Assembly (NCBI GenBank): GCA_965226495.1
Contig: OZ245365.1
Location: forward strand, 1,600,001 to 1,664,000
Length of the DNA stretch: 64,000 nt
Reading direction: 5' to 3'
From: Candidatus Marinacidobacterales bacterium
GTDB taxonomy: Bacteria > Acidobacteriota > Vicinamibacteria > Marinacidobacterales > DATDRI01
The notes under the pieces are model-generated. The model searched no databases and was not told the origin of the DNA. It saw only the letters and a list, made by a program, of their open reading frames with translations. Position numbers and translations under genes: made by a program. This document shows positions 57,394 through 64,000 of this stretch, in pieces. Position 1 is the stretch's first letter. Every line of letters starts with the position of its first letter.

Positions 57394-59157
57394 TTAATAC
57401 GGCGTAACTCTGAGGACCTCAGAAACCGTCGACACTCCCCGCACCAGTTTTTCTATGGCGGACTCACGTAGAGACCGCATCCCTTCCTCGCGGGCGGTGC
57501 GGACGATTGCCGGCGCTTCGGCCTTCCCGACGATCAGCTTACGGATCTTGGAAGAGACCGGCATGACTTCGTACACGCCGCTGCGGCCTACGTAGCCGGT
57601 CTGCCGGCAGTGGATGCAGCCCTTACCGCGTCGGAAATGCAGCCCGGAGATTTTCTCGTAGGGGACCTGGAGAGCCAAAGCTTCCTCCTCGGTGGGTTTG
57701 CACTCCTCGATGCACTTCGAGCAGATGGTTCGCACTAACCGCTGCGCCAAGACCCCGACCAGCGTAGATGTGATGAGGAAGGGCTGTATCTTGAGGTCCA
57801 AAAGGCGCGTGATAGCCGAAGGGGCGTCGTTAGTGTGTAGCGTGGAAAGTACAAGGTGACCGGTGAGTGCGGCCTGCACGGCCATGTCCGCTGTTTCATG
57901 GTCTCGAATCTCCCCCACCATCACCACATCAGGGTCCTGGCGAAGCACGGTGCGGATGGCGTTGGCGAAGGTGACCCCGATCTGAGGCATGATCTGCACT
58001 TGGTTGAAGTCCTCATGGATCAACTCGACCGGGTCTTCGACGTTGACGATATTGATCTCGGGTCGTGAAAGATGGCGGAGTGCGGAGTAAAGCGTCGTGG
58101 TTTTTCCGCTTCCGGTGGGACCGGTAACGAGGATGATGCCTTCCTTGTGAGAGAGAAATGATTGGAATTTCGGGAAGTCCTTTTCCGAGAAGCCGAGCTC
58201 GTCCAGCGACTGGAGCAAAATGTCGGGATCGAATATGCGGAGCACGCATTTCTCGCCAAAGACGGTAGGCATCGTCGACACCCGAATCTCTATCTCCTTG
58301 CCACCTCGATCCCGCTTGATTCGTCCATCCTGCGGGCGCCGTTTCTCGGCGATGTTGAGCCCGCTCAGCATCTTGATACGACTCGCCACCGCTTGATAAA
58401 CGATCTTGGGAATGACGTGCACGTCGTGGAGCACGCCGTCGATGCGCAAGCGCACCAGTGCGATGTTCCGCTTGGGCTCCAGGTGTATGTCGGAGGCTCG
58501 CTGCTCAAACGCGTGATCCAGCAGGCTGTCCAAAGCGGTGACGACCGGCTGCATCGAGGGGTCCATCTCCTCCGAGGGACCGGACAGGAACTCTTGGTTG
58601 GTTACGTCGATGGAGGAGATGCGCCCTTCGGTAAGCTGGCTTTCCGCGGCTTGGAGGGAGGTCTTGAGGTCGTAGAAGCCTTTGTTGACGGTTTCGATAT
58701 CGGTGCGAGTGGCGACCACCAGCTTGACCTCGAGCCCCGCGAATTGCTGAAGATCCCGTAACGGAGCGAGGTTGAAAGGATTGGCTATCGCCACGGTGAT
58801 GCCGTTCTGGTGCTTCGAGATCGCACACATGGTGTGCTTGCGCGCGAAAGGGGCGGGCAGAGCGCTAGTGACGACATCGAGGTCGAGGTCCAGAGGATTG
58901 ATCTTCAAGAACGGGAGCTTTGCGTGTTGCGCAACGGCCTGAGCGATTTCGATTTCGCTCAGAACACCCAGCTGTAAGATGATATCGGCTTCGGGGCCAG
59001 GGTTCAGCTTGCGCGCGCGCCTGACCTTCTCGACCTGCTCCGCGGTCAGGAGCCCCTGTGTGGACAGAATATCCAGAAGTTCGGGGATGTTCGTCGAAGC
59101 AGCGGTCGCTGCGGGGCGTCGCGTGGAGGCCATTCGAATTCCTAGCGGAACATTCAT
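57394..59157 (-). CDS. GspE/PulE/PilB family secretion/pilus ATPase
   Basis: ASDIHLEP, RPQDGR, GPTGSGKTTT, EDPVE, LRQDPD, TGHLVLSTLHTN, tetracysteine motif; AGGAGG RBS. Confidence 0.94.
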   Translation of the reverse strand: MNVPLGIRMASTRRPAATAASTNIPELLDILSTQGLLTAEQVEKVRRARKLNPGPEADIILQLGVLSEIEIAQAVAQHAKLPFLKINPLDLDLDVVTSALPAPFARKHTMCAISKHQNGITVAIANPFNLAPLRDLQQFAGLEVKLVVATRTDIETVNKGFYDLKTSLQAAESQLTEGRISSIDVTNQEFLSGPSEEMDPSMQPVVTALDSLLDHAFEQRASDIHLEPKRNIALVRLRIDGVLHDVHVIPKIVYQAVASRIKMLSGLNIAEKRRPQDGRIKRDRGGKEIEIRVSTMPTVFGEKCVLRIFDPDILLQSLDELGFSEKDFPKFQSFLSHKEGIILVTGPTGSGKTTTLYSALRHLSRPEINIVNVEDPVELIHEDFNQVQIMPQIGVTFANAIRTVLRQDPDVVMVGEIRDHETADMAVQAALTGHLVLSTLHTNDAPSAITRLLDLKIQPFLITSTLVGVLAQRLVRTICSKCIEECKPTEEEALALQVPYEKISGLHFRRGKGCIHCRQTGYVGRSGVYEVMPVSSKIRKLIVGKAEAPAIVRTAREEGMRSLRESAIEKLVRGVSTVSEVLRVTPY

Positions 59158-59251
59158 TATCCCGTCCTCCTGATATGAAGTCAATGACGAGATCGGCCCT
59201 TCGAATCCGCCCTTTCGCGGCTATCTTCCTGTAAAAAAAAGGCTTGAGGGG

Positions 59252-59280
59252 TTGACACGGTTCTTGCGTCTTGCTATACT
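59252..59280 (+). promoter_or_regulatory. Near-consensus sigma70 promoter of tRNA-Val/thrS
   Basis: TTGACA-N17-TATACT with TG extension and an upstream A-tract. Confidence 0.85.
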
Positions 59281-59303
59281 CCCGGGCCACGTTGGTGTTT
59301 TGT

Positions 59304-59378
59304 AGGCGCGTAGCTCAGTGGGAGAGCGCTACCTTGACGTGGTAGATGTCGGGGGTTCAAATCCCTCCGCGCCTACCA
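59304..59378 (+). tRNA. tRNA-Val(GAC)
   Basis: Acceptor AGGCGCG/CGCGCCT, anticodon arm CTACC-TTGACGT-GGTAG, GTTCAAATC T-loop, encoded CCA. Confidence 0.97.
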
Positions 59379-59457
59379 TTTGCTGGATATCTTGCCATCT
59401 GCGAGGATCCTAGCGATCCGCCGCGGATTTTTTTGTGGGCCAAGCCATCTTCGAACT

Positions 59458-61395
59458 ATGAGTGATCAAGGCGTCATCTCGATAACGTTGCCCGACGGGA
59501 ACAGGAGGGAGGTTTCCGCCGGCACGACGGTGAAGGAGATCGCGGATGAGATCTCGCGCGGTCTGTCTAAGCGTGCGCTCGCCGCCAAGGTTGACGGCTT
59601 GCAAGTTGATCTGTCTCATCCAATGAAGTCCGACGCAAAGCTCGAAATTCTGACGGCCAAAGATCCCGAGGTGCTCGAAATCTACCGGCACAGTTCGGCT
59701 CATTTGTTAGCGGCGGCGGTCCTAGAGCTCTTCCCGGAGGCCAAGTGCGGCGTGGGCCCGCCCACCGAGGAGGGATTCTTTTACGATTTCCAGATGCCGC
59801 GGCCCTTCACGCCCGAAGATCTCGAGGCCATCGAAAAAAGAATGAAGGAGATCGTCGGTCGGAATGTTCCTTATCGGCGCGTGGAGATGCCGAAAGCGGA
59901 AGCCATCGAAAAATTCCGTGAGCTGGGGCAAGACTTAAAGTTGGAGCTGGTCGAGGAAAAAGGCGAACCCGTCGTTTCCTGCTATTGGTTGGGGGAGTTT
60001 TTCGATTTTTGCCGAGGACCCCATATTCCTTCGAGCAGCCAGGTCAAGGCGCTAAAAGTCCTCGGTTGCTCCGGGGCCTATTGGAAGGGCGATGAGAGTA
60101 ATGCGCCGATGCAGCGGATCCATGCGACTAGCTTCTTCAATCAAAAAGAGCTAGACGAGCATCTTCATCGGGTCGAAGAAGCCAAGCGCCGCGATCATCG
60201 GAAGCTCGGGCGCGAGTTGGGGCTCTTCACCATCGTGAGCGAGGCACCCGGGCAAGTGTTCTGGCTACCCAACGGATGGCGCATCGTGAATTTGCTAATG
60301 GACTACATGCGAGAGAAGCTCGAGCGGCGCGACTACCTCGAGATCCGTACCCCCCTCATCTTGGATGAAGAACTTTGGCGCCGGACCGGCCACCTGGATC
60401 ACTACCAGGACAATATGTACTTTGTCGAGAATGAAGAGAATGAATCGACTCGATTCGGCATCAAGCCGATGAATTGCCCGGGCGCAGCCATCGTTTACGA
60501 AAGCGAGTTGCGATCGTACCGAGATCTGCCCCTGCGGCTCGCAGAGTTCGGACATTGCCATCGGCTCGAGCGCTCCGGCGTGCTTTCCGGCCTCACCCGG
60601 GTACGCGCCTTCCTTATGGACGATGCCCATATTTACTGCACCATGGCGCAGGTCCAGTCGGAGGTCGAGGACCTCATCGATTTGGTCTTCGAGGTCTACC
60701 GCGAATTGGGGTTCGAAGGGACTCGAGTCGAGCTTTCGAGCCGGCCCGAAAGCTCCATCGGAACGGCAGAGCAGTGGGAAGAGGCGGAGGCCGCTCTCCA
60801 GAAGGCACTCGAGGGAAAGGGTTGCGAGTTCGGGATGAATCCGGGTGATGGGGCGTTTTACGGGCCCAAGATAGATTTTCACGTCAAAGACGCCCTGGGC
60901 CGCTCGCACCAGTGTGCAACCATCCAACTGGATTTCTTTCAGGCCGAGAGGTTCGATCTGCATTACGCGGCTGAAGACGGTACCAGGCAGCGTCCGGTCG
61001 TCATTCATAGGGCCATATTCGGCTCGTTCGAGCGATTCGTCGCCATTCTGATCGAGCACACGGGCGGAGCCTTTCCGTATTGGCTGGCACCGGTCCAGGC
61101 GGTAGTGCTCCCGATTGCCGAACGCCATACCGAATATGCCCAGCAAGTGACGGAAGCCCTTCGTAGAGAGGGCATTAGGGTCAAACTCGACGCCCGCAGC
61201 GAGAAGACCGGCTACAAAATCCGGGATGCCCAGTTGAAGAAAATTCCCTTCATGCTGGTGCTCGGGGATCGCGAAGTGGAGGCTCAGAACCTATCGGTCC
61301 GGAATCGGACTGAGGGTGACAAGGGGGCGATGAGCCTCCAGGAGTTCGTCCACCAGGGGAAAGACCTCGTCGAGCGCCGGGCTCTTACCCTCTAG
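59458..61395 (+). CDS. thrS: Threonine--tRNA ligase
   Basis: TGS domain, RHSSAHL, CRGPH, KRRDHRKLG, KPMNCP, GAFYGPK, HRAIFGSFER. Confidence 0.97.
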   Translation: MSDQGVISITLPDGNRREVSAGTTVKEIADEISRGLSKRALAAKVDGLQVDLSHPMKSDAKLEILTAKDPEVLEIYRHSSAHLLAAAVLELFPEAKCGVGPPTEEGFFYDFQMPRPFTPEDLEAIEKRMKEIVGRNVPYRRVEMPKAEAIEKFRELGQDLKLELVEEKGEPVVSCYWLGEFFDFCRGPHIPSSSQVKALKVLGCSGAYWKGDESNAPMQRIHATSFFNQKELDEHLHRVEEAKRRDHRKLGRELGLFTIVSEAPGQVFWLPNGWRIVNLLMDYMREKLERRDYLEIRTPLILDEELWRRTGHLDHYQDNMYFVENEENESTRFGIKPMNCPGAAIVYESELRSYRDLPLRLAEFGHCHRLERSGVLSGLTRVRAFLMDDAHIYCTMAQVQSEVEDLIDLVFEVYRELGFEGTRVELSSRPESSIGTAEQWEEAEAALQKALEGKGCEFGMNPGDGAFYGPKIDFHVKDALGRSHQCATIQLDFFQAERFDLHYAAEDGTRQRPVVIHRAIFGSFERFVAILIEHTGGAFPYWLAPVQAVVLPIAERHTEYAQQVTEALRREGIRVKLDARSEKTGYKIRDAQLKKIPFMLVLGDREVEAQNLSVRNRTEGDKGAMSLQEFVHQGKDLVERRALTL

Positions 61396-61546
61396 GCACT
61401 AACTAGTCCGTGACAGGAGTCGATTTAGGCAGTAGAATTGCCTGGCTATGAAAGGCATAATAAGGTTAAGTCCATGGACTACCTTCCCGTTTCAAGGGGA
61501 GCCCTGTAGTCGCGAGTCATATTTTTCATTCAGGCGGAGGTGAGCC

Positions 61547-62119
61547 ATCGAAAAATCGGTCCGGGTTAACGAACGGATCCGGGTACGTGAGATTCGGTTA
61601 ATCGACGAGGACGGAACACAAATTGGCATCATGCCTCCCGAGGAAGCTCTCAAGATGGCTCGGGAGAAGGATTTGGATTTGGTTGAGATCGTGGCGACAG
61701 CCCGCCCGCCCGTTTGCCGGATCATGAACTTCGGCAAGTTCCTCTACCAAAGAAACAAGCGCGCGCACGAGGCCAAGAAGCACCAGCGGCAGATACAAGT
61801 CAAGGAGGTAAAGTTCAGGGTGAAGATCGATCACCACGATTATGAGTTTAAGAAAAATCATATCATCCGCTTCCTCCAAGAGGGTAACAAGGTCAAAGCG
61901 ACGGTCATGTTTCGCGGGCGCGAGCGCTCACACGGTGAGCTCGGGGACAAAATCCTGAATCGGCTCATCGGGGAGTTACAAGAAATGGCTACGGTCGAAA
62001 TGAGGTCCAGGATGGAAGGCAATCAGAAATACCTCATTTTGGCACCGAGCAAAGCCGTCATGGAAAAGCTCAAGACTCAGAAGGAGGAGGTCGCGCCAGC
62101 CGCGGAAGCCGAAGCCTGA
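61547..62119 (+). CDS. infC: Translation initiation factor IF-3 (ATC start codon)
   Basis: Conserved RVNERIRVREIRLIDEDG lies in frame upstream of the ORF-track ATG; GGAGGTG SD precedes ATC 61547. Confidence 0.93.
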   Translation: MEKSVRVNERIRVREIRLIDEDGTQIGIMPPEEALKMAREKDLDLVEIVATARPPVCRIMNFGKFLYQRNKRAHEAKKHQRQIQVKEVKFRVKIDHHDYEFKKNHIIRFLQEGNKVKATVMFRGRERSHGELGDKILNRLIGELQEMATVEMRSRMEGNQKYLILAPSKAVMEKLKTQKEEVAPAAEAEA

Positions 62120-62134
62120 GCAGGACGACAGCGG

Positions 62135-62250
62135 GGCGAGAGCCCTCAGCCGTCACGCAGGTGCTTGCCACCGGAGTGACTCGCCTGGGGGTGGGGCCCC
62201 AGGCGAATAAATGGAAGCCGCGAGCGAGCGAAGAGCGAGCGAGCATTAAA
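62135..62250. repeat. REP-like element between infC and rpmI
   Basis: GAGCCCTCAGCCGTCACGCAGG and hairpin TCGCCTGGGG-GTGGGG-CCCCAGGCGA (62181-62206). Confidence 0.8.
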
Positions 62251-62266
62251 TAATGGAGAAGCACTC

Positions 62267-62458
62267 TTGAAGATGAAATCACATCGCGGAGCCGCAAAGC
62301 GGTTCCGCAAGACAGCTAGCGGCAAGATTAAGCGTGGACACGCTTATCGCAGCCACATCCTTACCAAGAAGACCACGGGGCGAAAGCGCAAGCTTCGCAA
62401 GGGAGGGTTGGTCTTCAAGGGTGATGCGCGACGCCTGATCCACCGCTTGCCTCGCTAA
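62267..62458 (+). CDS. rpmI: 50S ribosomal protein L35
   Basis: [12 protein letters not shown]...SHILTKK...RKRKLR. Confidence 0.96.
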   Translation: MKMKSHRGAAKRFRKTASGKIKRGHAYRSHILTKKTTGRKRKLRKGGLVFKGDARRLIHRLPR

Positions 62459-62557
62459 GCTCCGTACTAGGAGAGTCAACACCAAAACGTTCGAGATCAC
62501 GCCTGCTTTTCTCTGGACAGGGTAAGCGGCCGAGAACAACATCGGAGTCATAAGTAA

Positions 62558-62917
62558 ATGCCTAGAGTCAAACGTGGAAACAATCGCCGACAACGTCGGA
62601 AAAAGGTCCTGAAACTAGCCAAGGGCTATCGCGGTACCAAGAGCAAGTTGTACCGCTCTGCGAAGGAGTCGGTGGACAAGGCGCTCAGCTACGCGTATCG
62701 AGACCGGCGCGCACGGAAACGCGATTTCCGGAGACTTTGGATCATTCGGATCGGTGCTGCCGCCCGCTCGTGTGATTTGTCCTACAGCACGTTCATGAAT
62801 GGGCTGGCTAAAGCGGATGTCGGGCTCAACCGAAAGCAGTTGGCCGAGCTCGCGGTGCGGGACGAAGCCGCTTTTCGCGAGCTGGCCAATGTCGCGCGCC
62901 AGGCGCTCGCCGCCTGA
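62558..62917 (+). CDS. rplT: 50S ribosomal protein L20
   Basis: MPRVKRG...AKGYRG...[18 protein letters not shown]. Confidence 0.97.
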   Translation: MPRVKRGNNRRQRRKKVLKLAKGYRGTKSKLYRSAKESVDKALSYAYRDRRARKRDFRRLWIIRIGAAARSCDLSYSTFMNGLAKADVGLNRKQLAELAVRDEAAFRELANVARQALAA

Positions 62918-62969
62918 GGCATTTTCGAGGGTTGTTTTCATCGCCACCCCGATCCTTGGCACTGACGTC

Positions 62970-63284
62970 ATGGCAAACAACGCCGACCCACCGCGGGAGC
63001 TGGAGCTCCTCGGCGAAAAGGTTCGCCAGGCCAAGGAGTTCATCGGTCGGTTAAAGGAGAGCAACCGGGCCCTTACTGCCGAGGTGGCCGAGCTAAAAAG
63101 CCGCCTCGATGGTGAGGAGGCGGGGGAAGGCCAAAAGAAGACCAGCCCACCTCGCCGACAATCCAAGTCGGCTCAATCGGCACAGCTAGAGCTGCTGCGG
63201 CGCGAGCGCAAGGAGATCCGCGAAAAGATCTCTCACCTCCTTCAGAAGTTGGGAGGGGACTCGACCTCCAGTTCGGCGGGCTGA
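62970..63284 (+). CDS. ZapB-like coiled-coil protein
   Basis: LELLGEKVRQA...LRRERKEIREKI..LL coiled coil directly upstream of zapA. Confidence 0.65.
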   Translation: MANNADPPRELELLGEKVRQAKEFIGRLKESNRALTAEVAELKSRLDGEEAGEGQKKTSPPRRQSKSAQSAQLELLRRERKEIREKISHLLQKLGGDSTSSSAG

Positions 63285-63393
63285 TTAACACCAAGCGCGT
63301 CAGATTCAAACCCCCGCTGTCCATCTTGAATTGCCGCGCCTACTCGCCTAGAATGAGCCTTGAGTCGGTCGGCCAAACCGACCGCTAACTGCT

Positions 63394-63714
63394 ATGCAAG
63401 AAAAGACGGACTCCAAGTTGATCTCGGTTGAGATTTTTGGTGAAACCTACAAAGTCCGAGGTGACGAAGACCGAGGTTACATCGCGGATCTGGCCCGCTA
63501 CGTGGACTCCAAGATGAAGAGCATCACCGAGTCGAGTGTTACCGGCGACTCGCTGAGAGTCGCGATCTTGGCGGCCCTGAATATCGCCGATGAGTACTTC
63601 AAACTGCAAGGCAAACACGAGGATTCGCGGGCACTTGTGGCCGAGCAGGCAAATGAGTTAACCGAGGTTCTGGACGAGGTTCTCCGGGAAGACCAATCGG
63701 GTGTTGTTTCTTGA
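63394..63714 (+). CDS. zapA: Cell division protein ZapA
   Basis: VEIFGETY, LARYVDSKM, VAILAALNIADE; TTGAAT-N17-TAGAAT promoter at 63326-63354. Confidence 0.93.
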   Translation: MQEKTDSKLISVEIFGETYKVRGDEDRGYIADLARYVDSKMKSITESSVTGDSLRVAILAALNIADEYFKLQGKHEDSRALVAEQANELTEVLDEVLREDQSGVVS

Positions 63715-63744
63715 AACTTTCTGGGGAGAGGCATAGAATCGAGT

Positions 63745-63917
63745 TGGCCCTGCTTTGTTCGTGATGGGAACATATATTTTGAGCCAACATCTATTTGAAC
63801 GGGTTGTCGAACTCTCACCATGCGCAAGCCTCCTCGCGAGGAAGCCTTAAGTGAGGGGGAGATGACCCACCTAGAAACGAGGTTCAAATAGGATTTCCAC
63901 ACGGCAAAGCGGGGCTA
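63745..63917 (+). ncRNA. ssrS: 6S RNA
   Basis: Closing stem TGGCCCTGCTTTG/CAAAGCGGGGCTA, TTTGAGCC/GGTTCAAA flanking a central bubble; canonical position after zapA; TTGAAA-N17-TAGAAT promoter at 63711-63739. Confidence 0.88.
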
Positions 63918-64000
63918 CTTCAAAACCCGTCTCCCTCCAAGACATACGTTTTTTGAAGCCGCTCCATTCGGATCAAGCCGGGTCGTGAATACTTGAGAAG

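Noticed and set aside
59329-59345. G37 in tRNA-Val(GAC) as a novelty
   Set aside because: TTGACGT anticodon loops are known in other Val(GAC) tRNAs, for example plastid ones.
59379-59457. Integrated element at tRNA-Val
   Set aside because: No integrase and no tRNA 3' duplication; thrS follows directly.

Overview
64 kb of GC-rich bacterial chromosome. Gene content and order (lpxD, mreBCD-mrdA-rodA-rng, tRNA-Val-thrS-infC-rpmI-rplT, zapA-6S RNA, Ser/Thr kinases, TPR proteins) suggest a diderm, probably Acidobacteriota-like organism (inference). Most of the window is housekeeping and envelope genes; I see no CRISPR array, prophage or intact IS. The most notable items are missed or split by the ORF track. 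(1) A 57-aa LysW-like carrier protein (5882-6055, minus) with a non-canonical C-terminus (GGEWGEI) overlaps the start of a LarE-family sulfur transferase and heads a six-gene operon lacking lys/arg and other lar genes. (2) An exported UshA-like protein (40691-41632, minus) has an in-frame TGA at a C-G-U motif, so it is a probable selenoprotein, and most of its phosphoesterase metal ligands are lost. (3) A dispersed REP-like hairpin family has a conserved CCCCAC loop and co-varying stems, including a 79-bp tandem expansion. (4) Regulatory signals include a 4x11-bp Pho-box-like array before Na/Pi cotransporter-phoU, two sigma54 promoters, an ATC start for infC and two candidate structured leaders. 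Two genes are frameshifted (penicillin acylase, OM beta-barrel), possibly through assembly error. Family assignments come from motif recognition only; no database searches were run.
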